Shown piece by piece: positions 19,378 through 30,100 of a stretch of DNA of 64,000 bases; within the stretch, counting starts at the first letter, position 1; every line of letters starts with the position of its first letter. The translations under genes were made by a program, and so were the position numbers. The DNA comes from an uncultured Muribaculaceae bacterium (GTDB lineage: Bacteria; Bacteroidota; Bacteroidia; Bacteroidales; Muribaculaceae): assembly GCA_910587185.1 (NCBI GenBank), contig CAJULY010000005.1:25608-89607 (forward strand), given 5' to 3'. Below the pieces are notes generated by a model, which was not told the origin of the DNA, made no database searches, and was given only the letters and a program-made list of their open reading frames with translations.

Positions 19378-19775
19378 AAAAGCTCATAATAACTTTCTTT
19401 GTGGCCGTTCTGGCTGCCGTTTCTGTGTCGGCCATGGCGGAAGAGCCGGAAAAGAAAGATGTCATTGAAATAAAAGCCGGTCAGACGTTGCCCGAACCCA
19501 CAGCCTCGAAGGCCGTGGTAATCGATTTCAACGCGTCATGGTGCATGCCCTGCCGCATGTTCAAGCCTGCCTTTGACCGTGCAGCAAAGGATTATTCATC
19601 GAAAGCGGTGTTCGTTTCGGTGAATATTGATGAAAACGAGGAATTGGCGAAGGCTTACAGCGTCAGGTCGATACCTTATGTGGTTGTGCTGCGCAAGGGC
19701 GAGGAGCCGGTCACGCATCTCGGCGCGATGTCCTACGACGATTTCCGCGCATTCCTGAACGATGCTCTTAACTGA
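19374..19775 (+). CDS. Secreted thioredoxin-family protein
   Basis: Signal peptide; [13 protein letters not shown] cis-Pro motif. Confidence 0.9.
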   Translation: MKKLIITFFVAVLAAVSVSAMAEEPEKKDVIEIKAGQTLPEPTASKAVVIDFNASWCMPCRMFKPAFDRAAKDYSSKAVFVSVNIDENEELAKAYSVRSIPYVVVLRKGEEPVTHLGAMSYDDFRAFLNDALN

Positions 19776-19784
19776 GGAGCCGGT

Positions 19785-20255
19785 TCAGACCGAGCGGGCG
19801 AAGTCGATCATGTGGATTGCGGCCTCGGCAGCCTCGCGTCCTTTGTGGCCGTGAGGCCCTCCGATGCGTTCGTAGGCCTGGGCTTCGTTCTCAACCGTCA
19901 GCAGACCGAAAATAACCGGGGTGTCACAGTCGGCGTTGAGCTGTGTGACGCCCTGTGTCACACTCTGGCAGACGTAATCGAAGTGGGGAGTGTCCCCGCG
20001 AATGACGCAGCCGAACACGATTATGGCGTCATATTGCGACGATTCTATCAGATGTGATGCGGCGAAAGTCAGCTCTACGGCTCCGGGAACGTAATATACG
20101 TCGTAGGATTCGTCGGAGAATCCCTGTTCGCGTAACACGGCTATTGCTCCGTCGCGCAGGGCGTAGGTGAATTCAGAGTTCCATGTGGCCACGATTATGC
20201 CTATTCTGGCATTCTTGACCTGGGGGAGCGGTATCGAGGGTGCGGCTGTTGACAT
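19785..20255 (-). CDS. ribH: 6,7-dimethyl-8-ribityllumazine synthase
   Basis: VPGAVEL, GCVIRGDTPHFDYVC, PVIFGLLT, HKGREAA. Confidence 0.96.
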   Translation of the reverse strand: MSTAAPSIPLPQVKNARIGIIVATWNSEFTYALRDGAIAVLREQGFSDESYDVYYVPGAVELTFAASHLIESSQYDAIIVFGCVIRGDTPHFDYVCQSVTQGVTQLNADCDTPVIFGLLTVENEAQAYERIGGPHGHKGREAAEAAIHMIDFARSV

Positions 20256-20277
20256 TGTTGTTGAGGTTTTTATACGG

Positions 20278-21297
20278 TTATGAGCGGGGAAAAAGTTTGT
20301 GCCAGAAATTGAAGATGTCCAGCGAGGGATTTTTGGCGGCTACAAGTATATCGACGATGCGGCGGTGTTCTTCGTCGGCGTTGATTTTCGAAGACTTGTA
20401 GAGCATGGTGTTGAGGAGGTGGATTCCTTTCTCGCGGGTCCCTTTGACCGACAGGAGAGCGTGCCCGAGGTCAATCGAGAGCTGAAGCTGGAGCAGATCG
20501 AATTCCGGCGATATTTTTGTCAGATATTTAAGCGCGCGTGTAAAATATTGCACGGCTTCGCGCTGACGGTTCATTTTCACGAGAGTCCGCCCTTCGGTGG
20601 CGAGGGATTCTATCAGGCGCATTCCGGCGTCCTCCATTCCCTCGTTGAGCATCTGAAGATATGTGGATGTGGCCGACTGATACTGTGTGAGCGCATTGGC
20701 TTGCTTTACTCTCGACTTATAGACCGAAGTCGAGGCGTTAAGGGCGAGAAGATGTGCAGCTCCGTAGCGGTCGGGATTCTGCCGGGCAAGACGCTCGAAG
20801 AGCTTCATCGATTTCTCGATCTCGCGCTCGGCCTGTTTGTTTTCGTCGCGGGCGCTGTGGATCAGGGATATGTCGTAGAGCAGCGACGCAAGCACGGCCA
20901 GAAACGGCTCGTCTTTGCGCTTTGGGCTCTGCGCCAGCAGATTGAGGGCGGTGGCGGCAGTGAGCAGCGCTTCGTTCATGTTGTCGGCGTGGATATATAG
21001 CGCCGTCAGGATCTGCATGAGGGCCGTGTGGATGTTCAGGAGTGTTCCGGATTCCTCGCCCATGCGTGTGACAACGGCATCGAAATCGCGGATAAGCGTG
21101 ATCGCTTCCTCAGTGCGTCCTTCGGTCAGCATTGTGTAGGCAGCCATGCGGAGAAAATCATAGACGGTGTTGAACGGGAAGACTTCTATCGTGTGGCGGA
21201 GCTCGATGGGGTTTATTTCCCCGCGCAGCAGATCGCGCGATATTCCCGAGATTTCTCCGGCCGGTATGAAAATAGGATCGAGTGATATCTGATTCAT
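20278..21297 (-). CDS. TPR-like helical repeat protein
   Basis: All-alpha pattern with TPR-like segments (e.g. EGRTLVKMNRQREAVQYFTRAL). Confidence 0.7.
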   Translation of the reverse strand: MNQISLDPIFIPAGEISGISRDLLRGEINPIELRHTIEVFPFNTVYDFLRMAAYTMLTEGRTEEAITLIRDFDAVVTRMGEESGTLLNIHTALMQILTALYIHADNMNEALLTAATALNLLAQSPKRKDEPFLAVLASLLYDISLIHSARDENKQAEREIEKSMKLFERLARQNPDRYGAAHLLALNASTSVYKSRVKQANALTQYQSATSTYLQMLNEGMEDAGMRLIESLATEGRTLVKMNRQREAVQYFTRALKYLTKISPEFDLLQLQLSIDLGHALLSVKGTREKGIHLLNTMLYKSSKINADEEHRRIVDILVAAKNPSLDIFNFWHKLFPRS

Positions 21298-21308
21298 GAT
21301 TGAACGGG

Positions 21309-22214
21309 CTATTTATTGAAGGCCTGACGGCTGCTCATGCCCACGCTGTCGGCGATGTTTTCTGTCACGACAGTCGGCAGCGAGCCGATTGAGGCGGGAG
21401 TGATTCCATTGCGATTCAATGCGTCGATAAACAGGGCGACGGGCATTGACCAGGCGGAAATTCCGTTGACTCCCGCTGTCTCCGCCAGTGTCCGCGAAGT
21501 CCTGAAGCCGTTGGTGAATACCTGCGCCGAATGCGAAAGAGGGTCGATATTGACCATCAGTGGAGTATAGAAGGATATTTTGCTCCTGTAACATTCTTCA
21601 GGCGTCATCCCTGGAAAGAGGTGATTCAGGTCATCTGTGGCCGTCATGACGGCATCGGCCATTTCGAGGTTTTCGAGCAGAGCGGGCATTATACGGGTGA
21701 CGGCAGGGGCCATCGCCGGGTTGAATCCGGGCAGATTCACTATTAGAGCGCCGCGCTGGCGCGCATTGTCGATGAAATCCACCAGACCTGAACGCACGCG
21801 CTGCTGGAGCGAGAAATATCCGCCGAAAACCACTATGTCTCCCCGGTCAACACGCGGCCATCTCGAATCCCACCGTTCGGCGAGTTCCGAACGATAGACA
21901 ATGGATTGCGTGGGCTTCTCTGGATTGCCGGAGGGAAATATAAGGACTGAAGGCGTGGAGGCTCCGTCGCTGTAACGGTCTATGCATGACGTATCGACGC
22001 CGCCCTGTTCAAGGCGTTCGACCAGAAGATTGCCGAGAGGGTCACGCCCGGCCTCACCCATCATGAAGACCTCGCGCCCGGCCTCGCCGAGAAGTATGGC
22101 GGCTCCGGCCAGACGTCCTCCGGCGACAGCCGTGGTCTGTTGGGGCAGACCTGCGGCACCGGCCTGAAAGATTATGTTGGCTGAACAACCGTCGATTATT
22201 ATAATGCGGCTCAT
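21309..22214 (-). CDS. PfkB-family carbohydrate kinase-like protein (divergent)
   Basis: GG...GEAGRDPLG...GVDT PfkB N-terminal signature. Start reassigned to MSRIIIIDG, just after the SIS gene. Confidence 0.75.
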   Translation of the reverse strand: MSRIIIIDGCSANIIFQAGAAGLPQQTTAVAGGRLAGAAILLGEAGREVFMMGEAGRDPLGNLLVERLEQGGVDTSCIDRYSDGASTPSVLIFPSGNPEKPTQSIVYRSELAERWDSRWPRVDRGDIVVFGGYFSLQQRVRSGLVDFIDNARQRGALIVNLPGFNPAMAPAVTRIMPALLENLEMADAVMTATDDLNHLFPGMTPEECYRSKISFYTPLMVNIDPLSHSAQVFTNGFRTSRTLAETAGVNGISAWSMPVALFIDALNRNGITPASIGSLPTVVTENIADSVGMSSRQAFNK

Positions 22215-22230
22215 AGGAATCAGGCGTTTG

Positions 22231-22830
22231 TCAGTCGCGCGATTTGACGCCGAGGTATCCGCCGTGGTGGCGAAGGGCATAATCGGCGCGTGTAAATCCG
22301 GTCGCACGCATGACGTTGACTACAAGGATGTCTCCGATGACGGTCATCATTGTGGTGGAAGTGGTGGGTGTGAGTCCGAGGGGGCATACCTCGGGAGCTC
22401 CGCCGGTCAGCAGAGTGGCGTTGGCGACATTTGCAAGGGGGCTGTCGGGGTTGCCGGTGATGACAATCAGGGGAATGTCGGCGTAGAGATTTCGCGCCAG
22501 CTCCACAAGGTCGATTATCTCACGTGTGCGCCCTGAATTTGAGACAAGGAGCAACACATCGAACGGCTGAAGGACCCCGAGGTCGCCGTGCTGTGCTTCG
22601 GAGGGATGCAGATTGATTGCCGGAATGCCGGTGGAGGAAAAGGTTGTCGCTATGTTGAGTGCGATCTGGCCCGCTTTACCCATTCCGGAAGTCACGAGTT
22701 TGCCACCCTTGCGGTGCACGTGCTCAACGATAAGTTCAACGGCCCGGTCGTAGTCGGGCCTGTAGGGAATTTCTGCAATGGCCTTGCTTTCAGCTGCAAG
22801 AATTTCCTGCATTGATTCGGATATGCTCAT
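22231..22830 (-). CDS. SIS-domain sugar phosphate isomerase (KpsF/KdsD-like, no CBS domains)
   Basis: SGMGKAG, LHPSEAQHGDLG, SNSGRT, EVCPLGLTPTTST, HHGGYLG. Confidence 0.92.
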   Translation of the reverse strand: MSISESMQEILAAESKAIAEIPYRPDYDRAVELIVEHVHRKGGKLVTSGMGKAGQIALNIATTFSSTGIPAINLHPSEAQHGDLGVLQPFDVLLLVSNSGRTREIIDLVELARNLYADIPLIVITGNPDSPLANVANATLLTGGAPEVCPLGLTPTTSTTMMTVIGDILVVNVMRATGFTRADYALRHHGGYLGVKSRD

Positions 22831-23203
22831 CTTTGTCTTGTTTATTGTAAACATGGCAAAATTACAAAATTATCACCTATAAAACAAAAATTAGACGTTA
22901 TAGAGAAAGCGCGGGAGATAAAAGGTTGTGTTACAATTATATGACAAGTGGCCGATTAGTCTTTTTTTAGAAAAAAACTATGAAAACGGTATTTGAAAAG
23001 TCAATTCAAAATATTAATTTTGCGTTGAATATAGAAACAACGGCATTTATCCCAAAATGCCTGAGCAGACACCATCAACTGACATCCGGTGAAACGTTTT
23101 CCTTTAATCGCAACATCCTGTCAGGGTCTTCAAAAGGAAACACTCCGCCAATAATCCGGATGGCTGGCAATAAGAAGTTTGTCAGTCCTTGATCGGTTGT
23201 CAC

Positions 23204-23360
23204 AGGCCGGAGAATGCACGTGGTTCAAAGACATAAACGCCTACAACGCCATAAGTGCCGCGGCATTGATGATCTCGGGAGGAGTTAATGAAGTGTATAT
23301 AGATTTCATCGGTCGCGGCACTTTATAGTGTTGTCTCCGCATGAATGCCGGAATAGCCTA
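23204..23360 (+). ncRNA. ssrS: Probable 6S RNA (Bacteroidales-1-type motif)
   Basis: Long irregular hairpin ACAACGCCATAAGTGCCGCG...CGCGGCACTTTATAGTGTTGT with a central bubble and closing stem AGGCCGG...CCGGAATAGCCT; no credible ORF. Family assignment is from recall of the motif, not from a search. Confidence 0.55.
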
Positions 23361-23571
23361 AGATTTTTGTTAAATGTTGACACCGCGCGAAAGCAACTGC
23401 GGGGAGCCGGAAATATCCTCCACGGTCTGTTGCCCTGTCATGGGTGATTTATTAAATATATTTGCTAATACGGGCTAAAAATCTTATATTTGCGAAGTAA
23501 ACACAATGCTGACAAGCGTTTCTACAACCAATCGTTAAACAACCTCTAACATTTTAATACTCCGGAATTCC

Positions 23572-25176
23572 ATGAATGGAAATTTAAAGAACCTTATTCT
23601 TCCCGTGACGGCCATTGTGGCAGGCGGCTCTGTTTTTACGGCAAAGGCCGATGTTTCAAAGGCTAAAACAACCGATGGCCGCAAACCGCTCAATATCGTC
23701 TATATAATGACTGACGACCATACGGCTCAGGCTATGAGCTGTTATGACAAACGCTATACCGTAACCCCCAATCTCGACCGCATCGCCGCAGAGGGAGTGC
23801 GTTTTACCAACAGTTTCGTCGCAAATTCGCTGAGCGGTCCCAGCCGCGCATGCATGCTGACGGGGAAACACAGCCATAAGAACGGCTTCACCGACAACAC
23901 GACATGCGTTTTCGACGCTTCGCAGCCTACTTTCCCGCGCTATATGCAGAATGCCGGATATCAGACGGCCCTCTTCGGCAAGTGGCATCTCGAAAGTCTG
24001 CCTCAGGGCTTCGACCGTTGGGAGATAGTTCCGGGCCAGGGTGATTATTATAATCCCCGTTTCATAAAGATGACGGGGGACACGGTAGTGGAGGAGGGAT
24101 ACCTCACACATCTGATCACAGACCACAGTCTCAACTGGCTGGAAAACGAGCGCGACAAGAGCAAGCCTTTCTGTCTGCTCATACATCATAAGGCTATCCA
24201 TCGCAACTGGATGGCCGACACCGCCGATCTCCGCCTCTTCGAAGACAAGACTTTCCCGCTGCCCGACAATTTCTATGACACCTACGAGGGCCGCGATGCC
24301 GCCGCGCAGCAGGAAATGAGCATAGGAAGCGCTCACGACATGGATATCATCTACGACCTCAAGATGTATAATCCCGAGCTAGAGACGCGTCTGAAAGCCC
24401 AGTATGAGGATTTCGTCGGACGTATGAATCCTGAGCAGAAGGCAAAATGGGACGCTTTCTACAATCCTATAATCAAGAAATTCTATAAGGACAAACTTAC
24501 CGGTAAAGAGCTTGCCGAATGGAAGTTCCAGCGCTATATGCGTGACTATCTCAAAGTTGTCAAGAGCCTTGACGACAACGTAGGGCGTGTGCTCGACTAT
24601 CTTGAGAAAAACGATCTGCTTGACAACACGCTCGTGGTCTATACGTCGGATCAGGGATTCTATATGGGCGAACACGGATGGTTTGACAAGCGGTTCATGT
24701 ATGAGGAATCTTTCAGGACTCCTCTGGTGATGCGTCTCCCCAAAGGCTACGATCGCCGCGGTGATATAACCGAGATGGTCCAGAACATCGATTATGCCCC
24801 GACATTCCTCGAGATCGCCGGAGTCGAGAAGCCGGCCGACATCCAGGGCATATCGCTCATGCCGCTCCTTCGTGGCGAACATCCGGCTGACTGGCGTCCG
24901 GTGCTCTACTATCATTTCTACGAGTATCCCGCTGAACACATGGTTAAGCGTCACTACGGAGTGCGCGACAACCGCTATAAGCTCATTCACTTCTACAACG
25001 ACATAGACCGGTGGGAGCTCTTCGATCTGGAAAAAGACCCGACAGAGATGCATAACATTTACGGTCAGCCCGGAACCGAGGAAATCACACGTTCGATGAT
25101 GCTTAAGCTCAAGAAGGCTCAGGAAGATTACGACGACCCCATACGCTATGCTTATCCAATAAAAGTATCGGAGTAA
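23572..25176 (+). CDS. S1 sulfatase, Ser-type
   Basis: NIVYIMTDDH, SLSGPSRA (SxPxR), GKWHL, YTSDQG, EHGWFDKR; signal peptide. Confidence 0.95.
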   Translation: MNGNLKNLILPVTAIVAGGSVFTAKADVSKAKTTDGRKPLNIVYIMTDDHTAQAMSCYDKRYTVTPNLDRIAAEGVRFTNSFVANSLSGPSRACMLTGKHSHKNGFTDNTTCVFDASQPTFPRYMQNAGYQTALFGKWHLESLPQGFDRWEIVPGQGDYYNPRFIKMTGDTVVEEGYLTHLITDHSLNWLENERDKSKPFCLLIHHKAIHRNWMADTADLRLFEDKTFPLPDNFYDTYEGRDAAAQQEMSIGSAHDMDIIYDLKMYNPELETRLKAQYEDFVGRMNPEQKAKWDAFYNPIIKKFYKDKLTGKELAEWKFQRYMRDYLKVVKSLDDNVGRVLDYLEKNDLLDNTLVVYTSDQGFYMGEHGWFDKRFMYEESFRTPLVMRLPKGYDRRGDITEMVQNIDYAPTFLEIAGVEKPADIQGISLMPLLRGEHPADWRPVLYYHFYEYPAEHMVKRHYGVRDNRYKLIHFYNDIDRWELFDLEKDPTEMHNIYGQPGTEEITRSMMLKLKKAQEDYDDPIRYAYPIKVSE

Positions 25177-25356
25177 ATCCGAGGCCTACGGCTTTCCCTG
25201 CAGGGCCGGCTGCCGAAACCGCCAAACTCTCTCCTTCTCTTTTTCGTCTGCTCCTCACCGTTCCGACCGACACACTATGCAGGGACGTTTACAGGGACCA
25301 ATGTGAGCTGAGAAGCAGCGTAAATACAGATAAACTAACCATTATACAGAGATAAG

Positions 25357-26112
25357 ATGTTCTTGATAAAAATACCAGAAGCGGACTCCACAAACCGACA
25401 GATACTGGAGTTCGCCGCCGAGCGGGAAGCACCTTTCGCCCTTATGGCTTACAGCCAGACAGCAGGCCGGGGCCAGAGAGGTAACAAATGGGAGGCCGAA
25501 CCGGGGAGAAACATAACTCTCTCAGTGCTTTTTCATCCGCGTACTGTAAAAGCGTCGGAGCAGTTCATAATCTCTCAGGCTGTCTCGGTTGCGATAGCCG
25601 AGACCTTGCGTCATTACATGCCGCAGTATTCGTCGTCGGTGGCCATCAAATGGCCTAACGACATATATGTGGGCAACAGCAAGATCTGCGGAATACTGAT
25701 TGAAAACGTGATCAACGGCACCGAGATCGTCAGGTCGATAGCCGGAATAGGCCTTAATGTCAATCAGAGCGTCTTTCTTAGTGACGCTCCCAATCCGGTG
25801 TCCATGCGTCAGCTCATGGGCAAGGAGTATGATATCGATGTGCTGGCGCAGTATCTGTGTAACGTGATAGAACGTTTCGCAAAGGCATTCTTCGTTCCCA
25901 ATCATTATCCGCGGCTTCGCGGACGATATTTTTCCATGCTTTGGCGCGCACAGGGATATCATTCATATTTGGATACTGCCTCAGGCGAAAAGTTCCAGGG
26001 CATGATATCGAACATAGACGCTTCGGGATACATCACGCTGACCGACGACAACGGTCGTCAGCGGCGTTATGCCTTCAAGGAGGTAGAGGCTATCAATATC
26101 GACGAGCCGTAA
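25357..26112 (+). CDS. birA: Biotin-[acetyl-CoA carboxylase] ligase (no HTH)
   Basis: DSTN, QTAGRGQRGNKW, KWPNDI, KICGILIE, GIGLNVNQ. Confidence 0.93.
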   Translation: MFLIKIPEADSTNRQILEFAAEREAPFALMAYSQTAGRGQRGNKWEAEPGRNITLSVLFHPRTVKASEQFIISQAVSVAIAETLRHYMPQYSSSVAIKWPNDIYVGNSKICGILIENVINGTEIVRSIAGIGLNVNQSVFLSDAPNPVSMRQLMGKEYDIDVLAQYLCNVIERFAKAFFVPNHYPRLRGRYFSMLWRAQGYHSYLDTASGEKFQGMISNIDASGYITLTDDNGRQRRYAFKEVEAINIDEP

Positions 26113-26126
26113 GGAGGCTGCGGGTG

Positions 26127-27161
26127 TCAGAGCAGCATGATGCCGGCTTCCTCACACTGACGCCGTTGTTCTTCGGGCCAGATGGAGGCCTGCACCTCTC
26201 CGACGTGGGCTTTCTGCAGCAGGAACATGCACAGTCGGCTTTGTCCAATGCCTCCGCCTATCGACGGGGGGAGTTCGCCGCACAGAAGCCGCGAGTGGAA
26301 AAGAAGTTCGGCGCGGTCGCTGCACCCGGTGGCTGCGAGCTGCCGGTCGAGTGATTCGGGGCTGACGCGGATGCCCATGGAGGAGAGCTCTACCGCCAGT
26401 CCTAAAATATTGTCCCAGACGAGAATGTCGCCGTTGAGCCCGCGGAAGCCGTCGGAGTTCAGGCTGCTCCAGTCGTCATAGTCGGGAGCGCGTCCGTCGT
26501 GGGGTTCGCCGTTGCTCAGAGGGGCGCCTATGCCGATGAGGAAGACGGCTCCGCACTCGCGTGTAGCCGCGTTTTCGCGTTCTTTTGGCGACAGGTCGGG
26601 ATAGCGTTGCAGAAGTTCTTCGGAGTGGATGAAAGTAATCTCGTCAGGCAGACGCGGCGTGATGTGCGGAAAGTGCTCATAAACTATCTGCTCGGTGCGG
26701 CGGATGGCGTCGTAAATCTTCTCTACCGTCGCTTTAAGATAGTCGAGGTTGCGGTCAGTGTCGGCGATTGTCTGCTCCCAGTCCCATTGATCGACATAGA
26801 TGGAATGGAGATTGTCAAGCTCTTCGTCAGCGCGGATGGCGTTCATGTCGGTATATAGACCGTATCCGGGCGCTATGTCGTAGGCTTCGAGTTTCACGCG
26901 CTTCCATTTGGCAAGCGAATGCACCACTTCAGCGCGGGCATCGCCGAGAGCCGCAATGGGGAAATTCACTGCTCTCTCATAGCCGTTCAGATCATCGTTG
27001 AGGCCTGTGCCTGAGAGAACGAAAAGCGGCGCAGTCACGCGGCGCAGTCCTAAAGCTTTGGCAAGAAGCTGCTGGAAGTTGTCTTTGACAAGCTTTATGG
27101 CCACTTCCGTTGTCTCCGGAAGAAGTTTCTGCTTGTATCGGGGAGGAATGATAAGTGACAT
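26127..27161 (-). CDS. asnA: Aspartate-ammonia ligase
   Basis: VVHSLAKWKR, HSIYVDQWDWE, RAPDYDDW, SIGGGIGQSRL. Confidence 0.96.
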   Translation of the reverse strand: MSLIIPPRYKQKLLPETTEVAIKLVKDNFQQLLAKALGLRRVTAPLFVLSGTGLNDDLNGYERAVNFPIAALGDARAEVVHSLAKWKRVKLEAYDIAPGYGLYTDMNAIRADEELDNLHSIYVDQWDWEQTIADTDRNLDYLKATVEKIYDAIRRTEQIVYEHFPHITPRLPDEITFIHSEELLQRYPDLSPKERENAATRECGAVFLIGIGAPLSNGEPHDGRAPDYDDWSSLNSDGFRGLNGDILVWDNILGLAVELSSMGIRVSPESLDRQLAATGCSDRAELLFHSRLLCGELPPSIGGGIGQSRLCMFLLQKAHVGEVQASIWPEEQRRQCEEAGIMLL

Positions 27162-27198
27162 GGCGGTTGGAGTTGAGGGTTAAGTATATGAAGTGATT

Positions 27199-30100
27199 TT
27201 ATTTTACCTGTATTATTCTGTGGTCAGGAACATACCAGATGAATCCGCGCACTCCGGAGTGGCCCATATTCCTGAAGCACTCGGCATATCTCGCCACCTG
27301 TCTGTGGTGGCTTCGTTTTTCCTGGCCGAATTTGTAGTCTATGATGTCAATATGCCCGTCGGCAGTCCAGACTACGCGGTCGGGCCTGAGGGTTTCGGCT
27401 GGTGGCAGCATGAGGGGTCTTTCGGTGACCGCCTTACGGAATCCGGAGAACCACGGGGCTATTTCCGGGCGCTTCAGCTCGTCCGCGAGGAACTCTTCGA
27501 TTTCCCCGCTCTCAGCCTCGGGAAGGATCAGGGCGTGGACGCAGGAGGCTACCGCATGGCTCAGTCCGTCGGCCTCATGAACCCGGGAAAGAACCTCGTG
27601 GAGGATTATGCCGCGGTCACGCGGACGCGAGAAATCAGGCAGATCATCGATGCGGGTGTTCGCCCATAGGTCATTTCGGTCAGCCGTGGAATATGCGGGC
27701 ATGAAGAATAATCCCGCGGGGTCGAGTGCAGTGGTCCTTTTTGTTTCGCCCGTTCCGGCCATTGTCGGCTCTCCGAAAACGTATGTCTCCGAATCGTCCG
27801 TTTCATTGACGCGTTCCGCGCGCTGCATCAGAGGCAGCTCCGGTATAAAGCCGGAAAGAAGCATTCCCACCGGGATACACTCGCTGTTTCGGGTGGTGTT
27901 GTAGTATGTGATGCAGAGTTCGTCGGAAGCGCGGGTCAATGCCACGTAAAGCACATTGAGTTCGTCGAGCAGCTGTTCACGGCATCGTCTGTCATATTGC
28001 GGCGCAAACGCGGTGCGTTTCAGTGAGCGGGATGGTTTGATGGAGAGGAGGGGGGGAATCACATCGGTGTCTATGAGCGGGACAGGGGCCCGCTCGAACC
28101 ATTCGCTGTCGCCGAAACTTATCATTTCCCTTGAAAGAAGCGGCACATGAACGCAGCGGAATTCAAGGCCCTTGGATTTGTGGATCGTCATGACGCGGAT
28201 GGCGTTCTCGTCGTCGGGGGCGCTGACGGTGACCGATGACCCTTTGGTTTCCCACCAGGAGAGGAATGATTGCAGATCGGTGTTACCTGACGAGCAGAAA
28301 TCAAGCACGGTGTCCTGAAAGGCGGAGAGGAACATGTTTTCAGATTCAAGCTCCTCAGCCGTGAACATGCGCGAGATTATGCGTTCGACAAGCGAGGGCA
28401 GACTGAAGCATGCCATGTCGCCGACATCTTCCCTTATGTCGAAAGTGTCGTCGCCGTTGACAGCTTGTTCGAGAGCCTCGGCAGGTGCGAGGCCCCGGCT
28501 TCGCCGGTACTCGTAGCGGTTTATCATTCGTTTTATCTCGGCGAGCCGTCTTCTTTTTCCGGCCTCGCTCCCGTCACCGGTCGCCTCAGGCTCGTCGAGG
28601 CTTCGCAGATAATTGAGCACGCTTATGATCAGTCTGACGGACGGAGCCGAGGCAAGAGACATGGCATCGTCGGAAACGACACGCAATCCTTTGAAGTCAG
28701 GGTCGGCCCCTATAAGCCCCGAGAGGCGCCCGATGACTTCCGCCCCGTCACTGCGCGATCTGACAAGCACCGCAATCTCGTTGCCGCGATAGCCTGACCG
28801 CAGTTGCCTCTTTATCTCGCTGACCATTCCGTCAAGGGCAAGTTCAGCAAAATCCTCCTTGTTCTCGGTAGTTATCTGGCGCGCGAGAACATAACCCTTG
28901 TGCCCGGAATGTTTTGGCGCTACCTGCTGGCAGACATTGGAATATACCTCGCCGAGATCGAGTTTCTGCGCGAGCGTTCTGAAAAGCGAGTTGTTGAAGG
29001 TCACGACGTGGAATGAGCTGCGCCAGTTGGTGTTCTCTTCTTCCATGTTGCCTTTTACGGTCGCTTTCTCCCCGAACTCGCCGATGACCTGATACTGGAG
29101 GAGGGTGGGATCGGACGAGCGGAAACGGTAGATGCACTGCTTCTCGTCGCCTATTATAAGGCTGTCGGAGTCGGTGGACTGCCCCTGGTCAACGAGAGGT
29201 TTCATTATCTCCCACTGCATGCGGGAGGTGTCCTGGAATTCGTCGATGAGAAAATGATTGAGCCAGACACCGAGACGCTCGAAGACGAAGGGGGTATCCC
29301 CTTCGCCGATTATTTCTTTCAGGATGGAGTTGGTGTCGGAAAGCAGGAATGAGTTGTTCTCCGCGCGGAATGAGTCGATATGGCGATATATGGCCCGGAG
29401 CATCCCGAGTGTGTAGAGCTGTCGGGAAAGAGAGAGCCACAGGGGTCGGTACACGCGGCCCTCCTTAAGCAGAGAGAAGGCCCGGGCTATGTCAAGGTCA
29501 AGCCTGTCGTCGGGATTGTCCGCGAGATGTTTCTTAAGGGCTGCATTGTAGGCCGAGGAGCTGTCGCCGAGAACCGAGTCGAGGGTTTTACCCTCGCTCT
29601 TGGCCGTGTCATAGCCGTTGATGGCGCCGTTTTCGAGAAGTTTAGTCACGGTGGCGCTCACTTTGAGTTTTCCTCCGTTATAGCCGCGCGATTCAATGGT
29701 GGCCAACGCTTCTCGACACGCTTTCGATGTCATAGCCTTATGGCGCTCGGGTGCGGCGGCAAGCTGCGACCGGAATTTTTCGATGAGTGCGGGGGACGAC
29801 AGATAGTCCATCATATCATCGTAACGCCGCTTGAATTCCTCCGTATCGGTGCGGCGCACGAAGTCGAGAAGTTGGGAAAAAGCTCCGCTGCGTCGGTTGA
29901 ACAGGGCCACTCCGTGGCCCTCTTTTAATTCGTTGAGAAGAAATTCCGTGAGCCAGTCGATCATCCGTGCGTTCTCCGGCGATTCTCTTTCCTCTTTCAG
30001 GGAGTCGAAGAGGCTTTTTACCCCCGCTTCCATCGCCCTGTCGTTTTCGAGATCGACCTCATAGTTGCCGGTGAGTTCCGCTTCGCGCGCGAATGTGCGG

